Virus record (IMG/VR): IMGVR_UViG_3300013121_000023
Coordinates: 32,001 to 96,000 of that record
Direction: 5' to 3' (one strand)
DNA from: a virus
Lineage: Duplodnaviria; Caudoviricetes
DNA: 64,000 nucleotides
The translations under genes and the position numbers were made by a program. The notes under the pieces are model-generated. The model did not search any database and had not been told where the DNA came from. It saw only the letters and a program-made list of their open reading frames with translations. Below, in pieces: positions 48,250-59,222 of the stretch (the first letter of the stretch is position 1; every line of letters begins with the position of its first letter).

Positions 48250-48891
48250 ATGTCGTGGAAGAACAACTGGATAGTTATTGACACCGAAACAACTGGCCTC
48301 AGAGGTAGGGTGGTCGAAATAGCCATACTATCCTATAAAAACGGGATCATGACTGATATGTGGTCATCCGTAGTCAGGCCAGAAGTACCTATTGGTTCCG
48401 TGTCTGTTAAGCCCGTTGACTGGAATGATAGATCTGTAAAAGAAGCACTTTCTATCAACATGCTTTCTATGGATGTTATCCTAAAAGCTCCTATGTTCTG
48501 TGAGCTTATAGATGAGATATCCAGAAGAGTAGCAGATGCTGATGTCATTGTGGCGCACAACGCGCCATTTGACGTATGGCACTTGAACTACGAGTTCAGC
48601 ATATTGGGTATGAAGAACCCCATTGAGGAACACGATCTTGTAGTTGCGGATACTCTCATTTTGGATAAGCACCTAAATCCAAAAGTAAATAGGAAAAGAA
48701 AGCTAGCCTTTGTAGCAAAACACTATGGCATAAATATACACAAGACCCATGAGGCCGAATACGACGCCATGCTTTGTGGAGATATATTCAAGGCCATGCT
48801 AGAACATCTACCTGACGACGTAGACGAGTTTGCGTCTCTTCACGATCAACTCCGCAACAAACTAGGCTCAGAACATGACCGTAACTATTGA
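48250..48891 (+). CDS. DEDDh 3'-5' exonuclease (DNA pol III epsilon-like)
   Basis: IDTETTG, VAHNAPFD, HEAEYDA. Confidence 0.9.
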   Translation: MSWKNNWIVIDTETTGLRGRVVEIAILSYKNGIMTDMWSSVVRPEVPIGSVSVKPVDWNDRSVKEALSINMLSMDVILKAPMFCELIDEISRRVADADVIVAHNAPFDVWHLNYEFSILGMKNPIEEHDLVVADTLILDKHLNPKVNRKRKLAFVAKHYGINIHKTHEAEYDAMLCGDIFKAMLEHLPDDVDEFASLHDQLRNKLGSEHDRNY

Positions 48892-50005
48892 TAATATAGG
48901 ATGGGGAACATATCAGAACTATGCAGGCCCTTGGTACAAGGGCAGCGTAGGACTCCCCGAAGTTACAAAGAGCAGCTCAGACAACAGTAAAATGTTGGCG
49001 GTAGTAACTGCCACAGAAGGTGGTAGGGCAGATGCTATCAACATGTATGATTCTTGTGTAGTATCTGTTGGCTACATACAGCTGTGCGGCAGTATATTCT
49101 TGGTTAACAAATTCCTATCATACGCTTTTAAAGCACTCGGGGAAGATCATGAGTCATTTACACCGCTAATAGAGCATTTGGGTTCTATAAATGCGAGCTG
49201 CACAAACGACACCTCTGGTTTTAACTTCATCAACAGCAACGGAAGCAAGGTAGACACTCTAGCGGAAGTACAAGAGTTCTTCTTGGGCTGTAACGGAAGA
49301 GCCAATAGCTGGGATGATTCTTCTAAGGCTTATGCAAAGAAATGGGCTGTAACACTCGCTTCTGTATTGGCGTCACCAATCGTACGAGATTTGCAGATAG
49401 ACTACGTTGGTAGGCGTCTACTTACATTTTGCATGCCTACTCCGCTAAAGGAGTTTATAAGCAACCCTAATCTAAACACGCCCATGCAAAGGGCTGCTAA
49501 GGCTGCTTATGTATCGTTTTCGGCCAACAACCCCAAGAAGGCCGAAGAGTCGTACGATAAGACCAATGCTCTAGGTACAACTAAGTTTTCTGATGCCTGG
49601 GTTATGGCCTTGCTCAAGACAATGACCTTTGGTCCTGGCATAGGTATCTACCCACATAGATACAACGCCATTAGGCCGGTACTTGAGAGATTGTATGGGG
49701 TAGATCTACCAGATTTTGCAAAAGACCTATCTGACGCGGTGATAAAATTTGATGCTTCTGTACCTGTAACTGGTTTTGATTTGACCAGTGTGACAGGTGT
49801 ACAGAAAGCACTTATTTACTTGGGGTATGATTTGGGGCCGAGTGGTGCTGATGGTGTTTATGGACCAAAAACAACAATGGCGCTCATACAACTATGTGAT
49901 GATAGAAAGATAAAAGATAGATGTAGTGTAGACCCGTATGAGCTACTTAAAAATGACGTGATGGTCGCTCTTTCTGATGCAGTAAATGAGAAGAATAAGA
50001 CATAA
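48875..50005 (+). CDS. Putative endolysin: lysozyme-like domain plus C-terminal peptidoglycan-binding domain
   Basis: TEGG..AINMYD...SVGYIQ; VQKALIYLGYDLGPSGADGVYGPKT (PG_binding_1). Confidence 0.75.
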   Translation: MTVTIDNIGWGTYQNYAGPWYKGSVGLPEVTKSSSDNSKMLAVVTATEGGRADAINMYDSCVVSVGYIQLCGSIFLVNKFLSYAFKALGEDHESFTPLIEHLGSINASCTNDTSGFNFINSNGSKVDTLAEVQEFFLGCNGRANSWDDSSKAYAKKWAVTLASVLASPIVRDLQIDYVGRRLLTFCMPTPLKEFISNPNLNTPMQRAAKAAYVSFSANNPKKAEESYDKTNALGTTKFSDAWVMALLKTMTFGPGIGIYPHRYNAIRPVLERLYGVDLPDFAKDLSDAVIKFDASVPVTGFDLTSVTGVQKALIYLGYDLGPSGADGVYGPKTTMALIQLCDDRKIKDRCSVDPYELLKNDVMVALSDAVNEKNKT

Positions 50006-50024
50006 GAGGTAAGAGGGTCTATAA

Positions 50025-51092
50025 ATGGCACCTAGGGAAAATTGGGTTATGAACCTGGAACCCAGCATGATGACAGCTGTAGCGGACAAGCTAGAAGATG
50101 ACATCTACGCGCTGCACGTTGCTGGGTTCAAAGCCATTGCTGGAGGTGTTGTGTGTTGTGTTGTTTCTGCTCCTAAAAGTATGCAAAGCCGTCCAAATCT
50201 ATATAACATATATGAAAAAGATCTGCTAAAGCGCACTGAAGCCAAGCAGAACAAGCAAGTAGCTTTTGAGACCCTATCTTTTCATGAACGGCAGCTGGAG
50301 GCTCATGGCACCGTTCGCGTGATGCAATCGGTCATGAAATGGGTGCGTAGCATTGTGCCCAATAATCTACTCTTCATCAGCGGCGTACCAAAGAGTTTGG
50401 TGTCCGACGACAATAACGTGGAGCTAGCAGATGCCGGTTTGGTACCGGCTAGTTGTTACGCGAAGATAATATCTTCTGTAACTAGATGGTCAGATCTGGT
50501 TGATAGCGGAAAGAAGACAAAGTTCAGCTTTAGGGTCCATGGCGGGGCATTGAATGAGCTGCATGTGTCTGAAATGGATACATACGGCATTTCTGCTGTC
50601 CACAGGAGTACTTCACCAGCTGTGAGGGCGCTACGCTCTCTGGACCTGCTGAAAGAGTCAGACCTTGCTAACGTATCTGACTGGGTGCGTTCTTGCGGTA
50701 AGGACAAGACGCTTGAGCTAGTCAACAGGAGTATGAAGTTCAACGGGTACGGTGTGCCTGAGAAAACAATACGTCTTGTAGATGATATCGTAAACAGGGG
50801 CGTGGTCGCCCTAAATGAAAATCAGAGCAAATATGCACTACTAGCGGTATTTGAGCCATATAGACTGTTTACAGATCCATCCGAAAGGGAGTTTACTAAG
50901 CAGTTCGTAGGTTGGGTATCGTCACTTAACATGGCAGAGATAGCTGAGTTTGCTGGTTGCTCAGAATCCATGGCTAGCTACATTAAGACGGCCGTAGCAA
51001 GCGGGATATCTCCGAAGGTTACGGAGAGAGTGCCAGTAGGTAAACTCAAAAAATTGATGAGACACTGGAAAGAATCTAAATCTAAACGCTAA
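50025..51092 (+). CDS. Hypothetical protein
   Basis: 355 aa; preceded by GACATAAG (49999-50006). Confidence 0.7.
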   Translation: MAPRENWVMNLEPSMMTAVADKLEDDIYALHVAGFKAIAGGVVCCVVSAPKSMQSRPNLYNIYEKDLLKRTEAKQNKQVAFETLSFHERQLEAHGTVRVMQSVMKWVRSIVPNNLLFISGVPKSLVSDDNNVELADAGLVPASCYAKIISSVTRWSDLVDSGKKTKFSFRVHGGALNELHVSEMDTYGISAVHRSTSPAVRALRSLDLLKESDLANVSDWVRSCGKDKTLELVNRSMKFNGYGVPEKTIRLVDDIVNRGVVALNENQSKYALLAVFEPYRLFTDPSEREFTKQFVGWVSSLNMAEIAEFAGCSESMASYIKTAVASGISPKVTERVPVGKLKKLMRHWKESKSKR

Positions 51093-51112
51093 AAAGTTTT
51101 TTCCGTTCAGTC

Positions 51113-51136
51113 AAATACCCGCGTATGCGGGTATTT
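51113..51136 (+). terminator. Hairpin, probable terminator
   Basis: aaatacccgc-gtat-gcgggtattt. Confidence 0.6.
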
Positions 51137-51151
51137 TGCTTTGGAGGATGC

Positions 51152-52087
51152 ATGCTGGAAAACGCTCACAACTTGGTCAGGTTGTTTCTCATTAGTAGAC
51201 CGTTGCCTACTATATGCGTGGTAGTGATGCCTGGAGCATCTCCTTTTCCCCCTGAGATATTTAGGTTCATAAAGGGTCTCAAGAATGATTTTTACAGCAC
51301 CATAGCAGTAACATATGTATTCGTAGATGACGTAGTTTCTGCTATGACGTTTCAGGAAGATAATGAAGACATAACAGTTATAAGTACTAAGAAGAAAGAC
51401 CTTCGTACTAGTATAACCAAGGCTGACCATTTCTATATATGTACTATAAATTCGCGCTTTCACCCCAATGAAGTAAGTGAGTGCGCTATAGAGGTACTGG
51501 CCGGAAACAACAATGATACGATTGTTTCCTTCGAGGCTTGCACGGATATAGGCATTTTCGATGGGCTGAGATCTGGATCACCGGCATCAAGCGAAGATCC
51601 TGATGTGCAAAAGGAATTTCATATATATTCGGCGCACGATAAGAAACCTGCTGATTTTAAGGAAGGAGAAGAGTACATAAACCCAGCGATGGTCTTGGTC
51701 TGGGCCTTCATCAGGCAGTACATTAAGGCTTCACCTTACGCCAAGAAAACAATACATGATAAACCAATAATATTCGGTGTTCCGGTTATTGGGTCTGGTT
51801 CAGCTAAAGGTGTGCCACTATCAGCCTGCTTCTCAATGTTCGATTTTAGGCAGATAGCAAGTTCGTACGAAGCAAAGTTGGCAATGAAAAGATATAAAAA
51901 CATGCTGGACGCATTTCAAATGTCAGCGACTTATGTTGACGACCTATCTATCATAGATAGGGTAAACGCTTGCTCTGGCGTTATGGGGGTTTCTACTAAA
52001 GAAGTCCTCAAGATTTGTGAAATAAGTGAAGAGCACTACGCTAAGATTCTTTCTAAGGAGGCTGTAAATGTCATCTCATCAAGGTAA
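51152..52087 (+). CDS. Hypothetical protein
   Basis: GGAGG RBS before ATG 51152. Confidence 0.65.
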   Translation: MLENAHNLVRLFLISRPLPTICVVVMPGASPFPPEIFRFIKGLKNDFYSTIAVTYVFVDDVVSAMTFQEDNEDITVISTKKKDLRTSITKADHFYICTINSRFHPNEVSECAIEVLAGNNNDTIVSFEACTDIGIFDGLRSGSPASSEDPDVQKEFHIYSAHDKKPADFKEGEEYINPAMVLVWAFIRQYIKASPYAKKTIHDKPIIFGVPVIGSGSAKGVPLSACFSMFDFRQIASSYEAKLAMKRYKNMLDAFQMSATYVDDLSIIDRVNACSGVMGVSTKEVLKICEISEEHYAKILSKEAVNVISSR

Positions 52088-53387
52088 GTGTGCTCGTACT
52101 CTGGTTGTGGGAATGATACCGCAAAACCACTTTGACACGAAGTACAGGGACGCCCTTGAGTCCAGTTGCTTCAAAGTCGTAGCCTACATAGATGCTGACA
52201 GGCACATGGGAGGTATAAGTGCGTATAGGGATGAATGTGATGTCGTAGTAATCCTAACGGGTCTGATGGCCCACAACACAGTCGAACAAATACACAGTAA
52301 AATCAAAGGGTGGCGGCAAACAATAGTGAATCTACCAGCTAGTGTGTCTCGCTGGGTCGCTATATTGCAGCCAATCATAAAAGGCATGGAATTGACAGCA
52401 CCCGCATCTGTTGCAGAAGCCAAACCCGTAAGCATCACACCGCCGCAATTGCCACCTGTCTACGTACCTCCACCTTCGCCAAGTAAAGTAGAAGTTACGC
52501 CAGAACCAGAGACTGCAAATATGGAAGAGAACGTTGATGAAGAAAAAGAAGATGAAAGCGGTGAAGATGAAAGCAAGGAACTCATAGAAAAGATATTCGA
52601 AGCATACAAAAAGGCGTGCCTGTCTGGTATAGCCGACAACATACTAGCTTATGTAAACCCGATAAAGAAATTCCCCACCAAACATGCCGTAGACATGTTT
52701 GTTCGGAGGCGGTGTGATAAGGGTTACGGAACCAAAGAATTTAAGGATTGGCTAGACAACGAAAGGAGGTATGCATTCGGAACAGGAGGGAGAAGGAAGA
52801 GCATTTCCACATCATCAGTGCCCGCCAAAAATGATGAGGTAGAACTGGCTAATCTGTACGCTACGGAAAATGAAAGCCTGAAGAAAAAGCTAAAAGAAGC
52901 AGAAGATGGCCTTGAATCAATCAAGGCCAAATACGAAGCCAAGATCAGAGAGTGCTTGGATTTGCAAAATGAGCGAGCACTTCTCACAGAAGACCTCAAT
53001 AAGATCACGGAAGACTTTGAGTTGACCAAAGGGACAATAGCGAAGATACAGGAAGAAAATACTTCGCTACGTAGTTCGCGCAGCTTGTTCGACGAAAACA
53101 AGTTGCGTCAAGAAATAACCTCCCTACGTGGCGAAGTAGAGAGGTGGTCGAAAGACGCCCGCGGATATGAGGTATTGGTCAAAGAACTCCAGAAAGACGC
53201 CTTGGAGAAGGATAGACTCATCCTATCACTCAGAGAGGCGGCTGACTCCAAGAGCGGGGTCATAGCCATGCTTGAGGCAAAACTCAAGCAGGAGCAGCCA
53301 CAAGCTCCACAAGCTCCACCAACCATGGTGGAAATAAAGCTCAACGTACCACTTACACACGAGCTTATGCAGATTCTGTTGAAGTGA
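52068..53387 (+). CDS. DUF2325-like N-terminal domain plus long coiled coil
   Basis: CDVVVILTGLMAH; heptad-rich C-terminal half. Confidence 0.55.
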   Translation: MSSHQGKCARTLVVGMIPQNHFDTKYRDALESSCFKVVAYIDADRHMGGISAYRDECDVVVILTGLMAHNTVEQIHSKIKGWRQTIVNLPASVSRWVAILQPIIKGMELTAPASVAEAKPVSITPPQLPPVYVPPPSPSKVEVTPEPETANMEENVDEEKEDESGEDESKELIEKIFEAYKKACLSGIADNILAYVNPIKKFPTKHAVDMFVRRRCDKGYGTKEFKDWLDNERRYAFGTGGRRKSISTSSVPAKNDEVELANLYATENESLKKKLKEAEDGLESIKAKYEAKIRECLDLQNERALLTEDLNKITEDFELTKGTIAKIQEENTSLRSSRSLFDENKLRQEITSLRGEVERWSKDARGYEVLVKELQKDALEKDRLILSLREAADSKSGVIAMLEAKLKQEQPQAPQAPPTMVEIKLNVPLTHELMQILLK

Positions 53388-53394
53388 ACATTTG

Positions 53395-53424
53395 TACGCC
53401 GCCCTACGTGGCGGCGTATTTTTT
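53395..53424 (+). terminator. Intrinsic terminator
   Basis: tacgccgcc/ggcggcgta stem plus T-run. Confidence 0.8.
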
Positions 53425-53552
53425 AAGTACGTGACATAATGTATGTATGGCTCTCGTACTTTTCTGCGTGGCTGTGTTTTTTGGGCTGGTGTCTGATTTG
53501 GCCAGACTTGTGTTTAAGTCGCTGGGCATGAAAATGGCTCTGGAGGTAATGG

Positions 53553-54014
53553 ATGGCTTCTAACAGGTTCAATTGGAAGAGGGTACAGGATGTAAAGAAA
53601 GTAACGACTACTGTAGCCGAAGCGGCTATAGACTCAGAAATAAAGGGACACCCTAAAAGAAAAGTAATAGATTACGTACCAGGCAATAACTGTCTGTTTG
53701 CAGTGCTGTCTTGTGGTCATAGGATTAAAATGTTTTCCAAACACGAAGATCCTCGTAAGGATTTTACTTGTGTTAACTGCACTATAGACAAGCAAACAGC
53801 TGTTCAACATATACGAAATTTGCGACCAATCAGTATCCTACATTTGGCTAGCCTTACTGACTTGCCGTATGACCACTTGAGAACACTATTGTATGAAGGA
53901 GGTATAGAATACGCTAACAGTGAATACGCTAACAAGATAATGATACCAGCTGCATCAGTAATCAGCTATCTATCCAAGATAGGCATACTAAAGGGTCTAA
54001 TAGTTGACGTGTTA
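53553..54014 (+). CDS. Zinc-finger plus putative HTH protein (ends at TTA 54012-54014; 54053 standard)
   Basis: LSCGH...CVNC; TTA abuts the GGAGG RBS of the next gene. Confidence 0.6.
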
Positions 54015-54024
54015 GGAGGCTTGG

Positions 54025-54627
54025 ATGGTATCTGTAAGAAATGTACTAGATAGCGTAAATGCGTGCGACGACGCAATTATGTGGGCTGAGGAATGTTTCG
54101 GTAATCGTATATATGAAACAGATACAGATGTAATAGAAGATACCAAAACACTATGGGATAGCTGCCATAGACCAGAATGGCTACTTTACATAATACTAAA
54201 AATAGACGCCCTATTGGCTTATAGAACTGTGTTGTATCTAGTTCAAATGCAGTTCTATAAAGTTATAAATACAAACAATAAAGATTACGATCTATACGCT
54301 ACGATGATGAGCAGGTGCGAAGAGCATTTGAGAGATACAAGCTATGCACCGACCAGTAAACTAGCATCAGCTGTGCCTAACTATCATGAATTTGTGCCAG
54401 CTTGGGCCCACTCTGTACTGTGTACTGATGGATTTAGGCCTTTTTACGTATTCATGCATAAGTACGAACACGAATTTATTTGTGTATTTCACGAAAGAGT
54501 ACATGGACTTAGTGTTCTCTGGGAATGTGTTTACGGTAAAGATGCAAGTAAAAAATTGGCAGATACGATACGAGAAATGTTTACCTTTGAATTTGTATTT
54601 GACAACGTAGTAAATACACACCGTTTA
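54025..54627 (+). CDS. Hypothetical protein (ends at TTA 54625-54627; 54780 standard)
   Basis: NACDDAIMW...LWDSCHRPEWLL; the TTA stop removes a 116-nt overlap with the next gene. Confidence 0.65.
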
Positions 54628-54664
54628 TTGTTGTGCCTCCGTTTTAGTATGTTATGTTTGCCGC

Positions 54665-54922
54665 ATGGTAGACATACATACCGTTCTGACCCGTCTCAGA
54701 GACAGAGGTTGGTCTGTGCGCATCTTCTCAAGCTCAGAAGGCTGGGATGTGGAAATAAGCAAAGTTCTGCTGGCCTATAAAGCCCTTGAAGGAAGAGGTA
54801 AGCACGCCCAGCTTATGGAGGCGGTACATAGCGCCGTTTCCGATGTTAAGAGGCAGCTTAGGACCATCTCAGATCAGCTCCCAGAAATGCTGGTGTCCAT
54901 AGATAGTCTTTTCTCTGAGTAA
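54665..54922 (+). CDS. Hypothetical protein
   Basis: 85-aa ORF. Confidence 0.6.
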   Translation: MVDIHTVLTRLRDRGWSVRIFSSSEGWDVEISKVLLAYKALEGRGKHAQLMEAVHSAVSDVKRQLRTISDQLPEMLVSIDSLFSE

Positions 54923-54946
54923 AAATAAATAAAAGCTGGCTATAAG
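54923..54946 (+). promoter_or_regulatory. Phage promoter motif
   Basis: AAATA-N11-GCTATAAG. Confidence 0.7.
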
Positions 54947-54980
54947 AGTTTGGGGTACTGCAACCTCAAGGAGTTTTCTC

Positions 54981-55631
54981 ATGGAATCTGAAGCTAAGAT
55001 AGAGAACAACAAAGAAATCCAGGCGGCGTCCATCAGGCTGGCCAAAAGTCTAATGGATGCGGCGTCAATAAAATTCGGCGTCTTTGACGCCAAACATTAC
55101 AAGGCTGCCTGTAGTGTCATCAATGAAATGGTCGCTGTTGGATTGATTACGGAGAAAGTAGCTGTAGTGAAAAAGGCTCAAATAGTGAGTCAGTTTACAG
55201 GTGTAGACCTACTCAACGGCGTGCGCCTTGATGATGTTATAAACCTACCGAGCGCTGAGTTGCTGCTTGGGCCCAAGGGGTCGGTAGCGGCGTTGCCAAA
55301 GAACCCGGCGCCAGAAAAAACATCTACGTACATAGCCGTGCCGATGGTGGATAGCACTGGTCATTATTCGGCCATAAGGGCGGCTCGTACACTATCTTCA
55401 GTATCGTCCAATGGCCCTGTTTCCCCGAAGTGGGTCTCCACTGCCGCGAGGCAACTAGCGATTTTTGGCAAGGATGGTTGGGGCATGTACGTCAGTCTCG
55501 AAAGCACTGACGTGAAGGGGGAGACGATAAAGCATTGGAAGTACAACAAGAAAGCGGTTCTTGAGTTGGCCAGACATAGGTTTGGTAAAACTTTCAAAGA
55601 AGAAGATTTTGTGTGGGATGACAAGCTATTA
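54981..55631 (+). CDS. Antirepressor-like DNA-binding protein (ends at TTA 55629-55631; 55658 standard)
   Basis: C-terminal YSA..AA..L...SPKWV...A......G......W.YN..A resembles phage antirepressor tails; aaggag RBS. Confidence 0.5.
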
Positions 55632-55673
55632 ACGGCTGTTGACTACCGTATGTTTTAGGCGCACTCTTGATGC

Positions 55674-55862
55674 ATGTTGGTACCAGAACAACAAGCAGTT
55701 TCAGTGCGCCATATAACTTGCTACCCCGATGGGGGTATAAAGCAGGTTACGAACATAGACGTGCCAATCGCTGTAGTGGCCGGAATACTAACGGTCATTA
55801 CAGCGATTGTTGCTGCTGTAGTATCATCTAGAAATCAACCGCAGCAACCAGCTAATTTTTTA
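55674..55862 (+). CDS. Small membrane protein (ends at TTA 55860-55862; 55892 standard)
   Basis: One TM segment IAVVAGILTVITAIVAAVV. Confidence 0.55.
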
Positions 55863-55875
55863 GCTACCGAGTACC

Positions 55876-58800
55876 ATGGCATATACAAGTGAAGAAGTAA
55901 GGGCGGCTGTACAATCTCTTCTACTCAGCGAATTGAGAAGAGGTTTCAACAGCCTCGGCATCAGAGATGTTGGTCAGACATTTGCTGATTTTCAAGAAGT
56001 CACAGCCATTACTCTTCTCTTGCAGCCAGAAGGTATATTTTACGTAGCTTATCTAGCTTCACAGCGCCTGTTGTCAACAGTTAGATCGCTGTATTTGAAG
56101 ATAGATGAGCTTGCAACTGTGACGAGATACGCTGATAGGAAGGTTATTCCTGTAAAGGACATAACCACCTTGGCAAATGCTCGCGCAGCTTTGTCCGAGT
56201 TGGCTTCGGCTATGGCTAGCAGGTCATCCGTACCTAAATCCATAACCAGCATACCGGCGTATACGCGGTTCAGCTCCAACACCTCGGACTTTGTTAACAG
56301 TCAGGCGTCTTCTATACGGGATGGTAGCGATATAGTACCTACCCCAGACGAAGCCAGGATGCGTATACCTGCTCTTATAGAAGAAGTTTTTTCTCTTTAC
56401 GCCACTGTAATAACAAGAGCAAAGTTCATATCAAATCTTCTTACAAATTATACGAATCTAGACCTACCCAGAGTTGTCTCACTAGGCGTTATAGAACGTT
56501 CAAGAGATAAAATAGACGAGATATATGAAACTTTGGACAATCTCTCTGACTCAGAGAGACTTGCCGTACTCAGAGAATCGGTTTTGGGTATAGCCGCAAC
56601 AAGAGCTGTAGTTAAGCAGCTCGGTGGTTTTGTTTCGCCCACGACTGAAAAGAAAATAAACGGCGCTTTGGTGCCGTACAGTGATGCCACGCATACTCTA
56701 ACGAGACCTTTTATAGAATGCGACATAAAGGGACCGTACGCTCTTACAGAAACGTCGAACAAACTATCTTTCTCGTTGGACGGAGCAACCTATGTCGTTC
56801 CACTAGGAACATCGTATTTCGCAGAAATAATTGGTGGTGTAATAGAAACATATGAAGTCAACCTTACGAATAACGTATTTAGATTTTATGTTGACTCAAA
56901 TCTAGCCAGTGTTCTGGTAAGTGTGACGCTGACAACTGGTGTTGCCAGAACGGCTGAACAGATAGCAGCTGATGTAAACGCCGTAAGCGCTGCTTATGAC
57001 GTTATGTGCATCCCCAGGTTTAGGAGCACCGTAAAGGCACAGGCTACTGTATCTGTTGTCAGTACTGGTCCTACTTCTGGCACAGTTACAGTATCTACAA
57101 CAGGAGTAGACTTCGTAGCTCTTGGTATTGTACCTGGGGACAAGCTTGTATTTCTTAATACTACGAACAGCTACTACGTTTGGACTGTAACTGCCAGGAC
57201 ATCTACAACTATAGACTTCACTGGTAGCGTTGCTGTTGTAGCCGCCACGTCATGTACGTGTCAGGTCGGTGCTTCTGGTAATTTCGTAGTGGCTCTGAAA
57301 GCTATAAACAGCGCATCTATCGTCAATAAAAAGAGCATTCAGATAGATTCTTCTGTGAGTAACACCGCCATAGGTATTCTAGGGTTTACAGCTGGTGCCT
57401 TTGCTGAGTCTGCCCCCGTGTACCCAAAGGATGTAGTAGGTACAATCAACAGAGTGACGGCCAGGATCGAGGCTGCTCCTGTGTTTGAGGCTACTTACGA
57501 AGACATACCAGGTAGAACAGATGCGACTGATAGGACCAAGTTCATAGCATCAAGTCTGTACTCAGAAGGAACTATAACACCTACTGGTACCGGGTTGACC
57601 TTCGTACCTACTGATCCCGGTAAGAGCGCGATAGATGCCGGTGTGGCTGCTGGATACGTGCTGATAGTGAGGGATGGTCCTGGTGTTGGCGAGGTATACC
57701 TAGTTACCTCTGTATCAGGTACTGGAGTGGTTTCAGCTACAGGCGTACCTCCCACGGTAGCTGGGATAGGTACAGTAGATATAGGATTTGCTTACCCTTC
57801 TCTAGAAGACTACGAGATTCTCATATCTTCTGGTCCACTAGCCGGTTCTTACATTGTTCGTAGGAACACAGCTGTGCCTACTTTTGAGCTAGAGCTTCGT
57901 GACGACACTCCGATGGCCACATACCAAGATACTGTTGGCAGGCCTATCGAAGTTGTGTGTTCCATAGGTAAGAGCGCAGTATCTTTTACCTCAAAGAATG
58001 AAACGATATCTTCTTCTATAGGTTGTTCTTCTGGTACGGCTTTTTCACTCCTGTTTACAACGTCTCAGCCGGTAGTGAACGCTACGACCAAATGGTTCAG
58101 ATACGATGCTTCTCTGAACTCCATAAAGGTTGGAGATGTGGTGGCGTACTATGACACCAGCATACAGACACCCAGTGTCTCATATGTGGTGACCAGAAAG
58201 GAGGAAGAGGTGCTTTCTCTTTCTCCCGAGGGTCCGGCGAATGTGAACATGTCCGTGTCTTCATCGGCTACGCTTCCTTTTGCTCTTGTGACGCACGGCA
58301 TGTACCAGCCATACCTAGCCGTCAAAACGGCCATAGATTCCTGGCTACTGTCGATACCCGATGATAACGATTTGTTCGAGCTTGAGCGCTTGTACAACAT
58401 TGTTCACAAGAACAGCAATCCTACAGCCAGTGACGTAAACAACGCTGTCAACAAGCTACTTGGTACAAGCGGTACCTATGAACTAGGTAATCTCGTGTCT
58501 AAATCGATAGCAACGGCTGTTGGTTCCGATGCAACCAAGTCTCTTGAGTACATTTTGTCCAGTTATGCCGTTGAGCACATACCTGATGTAGATGCTTTGC
58601 TGAGGGCGCTACTCCAGCAGGGCTGTGATAGAGCGTATGATTTGCTCATCACGGCTGATGTAGTGTCTTATTTCGGCATAGACATGGAAACAGCATCGTA
58701 TGCTGGGGCTATTACATCAAGTGCTCGCGCAGTAGTTAGAGAGACGCTGCCTACTAGCTCTACTGGTGTCGGCAGAAGATATGCTCGCGTCATAGCTGAG

Positions 58801-58887
58801 TCCGAGTCACCTGACTATGAGTACACTTCTGATGACTCCGGGCCCTCAAAGCAAGGCGGTACAGACGCTGATTTGGAGGAGACATGA
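55876..58887 (+). CDS. Large virion structural (baseplate-associated) protein
   Basis: 1,003 aa; beta-rich Thr/Ser/Val centre with DF...G..PGD motifs shared with the baseplate-J-like gene. Confidence 0.6.
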   Translation: MAYTSEEVRAAVQSLLLSELRRGFNSLGIRDVGQTFADFQEVTAITLLLQPEGIFYVAYLASQRLLSTVRSLYLKIDELATVTRYADRKVIPVKDITTLANARAALSELASAMASRSSVPKSITSIPAYTRFSSNTSDFVNSQASSIRDGSDIVPTPDEARMRIPALIEEVFSLYATVITRAKFISNLLTNYTNLDLPRVVSLGVIERSRDKIDEIYETLDNLSDSERLAVLRESVLGIAATRAVVKQLGGFVSPTTEKKINGALVPYSDATHTLTRPFIECDIKGPYALTETSNKLSFSLDGATYVVPLGTSYFAEIIGGVIETYEVNLTNNVFRFYVDSNLASVLVSVTLTTGVARTAEQIAADVNAVSAAYDVMCIPRFRSTVKAQATVSVVSTGPTSGTVTVSTTGVDFVALGIVPGDKLVFLNTTNSYYVWTVTARTSTTIDFTGSVAVVAATSCTCQVGASGNFVVALKAINSASIVNKKSIQIDSSVSNTAIGILGFTAGAFAESAPVYPKDVVGTINRVTARIEAAPVFEATYEDIPGRTDATDRTKFIASSLYSEGTITPTGTGLTFVPTDPGKSAIDAGVAAGYVLIVRDGPGVGEVYLVTSVSGTGVVSATGVPPTVAGIGTVDIGFAYPSLEDYEILISSGPLAGSYIVRRNTAVPTFELELRDDTPMATYQDTVGRPIEVVCSIGKSAVSFTSKNETISSSIGCSSGTAFSLLFTTSQPVVNATTKWFRYDASLNSIKVGDVVAYYDTSIQTPSVSYVVTRKEEEVLSLSPEGPANVNMSVSSSATLPFALVTHGMYQPYLAVKTAIDSWLLSIPDDNDLFELERLYNIVHKNSNPTASDVNNAVNKLLGTSGTYELGNLVSKSIATAVGSDATKSLEYILSSYAVEHIPDVDALLRALLQQGCDRAYDLLITADVVSYFGIDMETASYAGAITSSARAVVRETLPTSSTGVGRRYARVIAESESPDYEYTSDDSGPSKQGGTDADLEET

Positions 58888-59210
58888 GCACAAAAGAAGA
58901 CAACAAAAAGAATGATGACGCCTTTGAGCTTCGCCGTAAGGTTGCAAATGCTTACGGTTTCGTCGTTGGCCAGCAGTCGAACCAATCCTTTGCCGCAACC
59001 ACACTTGAAGAGTGTATCGATCGCCGTATCGAGGATATTGAGGGCACTCAGCAAGATGGCAGGCCGAACATACTTGAAGAGATATCTAGGATAGAAAATG
59101 ACTTCAAGTCAGCTGTCGAAAAGATACGCAGCTTGCCACCCGATTACTTCAAGGCGCCGAAGGATAACTTGCCGGTGAACACAGAAGAGGGACAAGCTGA
59201 AGAAACATGA
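58884..59210 (+). CDS. Hypothetical protein
   Basis: ggagga RBS, ATGA-coupled. Confidence 0.65.
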   Translation: MSTKEDNKKNDDAFELRRKVANAYGFVVGQQSNQSFAATTLEECIDRRIEDIEGTQQDGRPNILEEISRIENDFKSAVEKIRSLPPDYFKAPKDNLPVNTEEGQAEET

Positions 59211-59222
59211 TAACCTTTCGGT

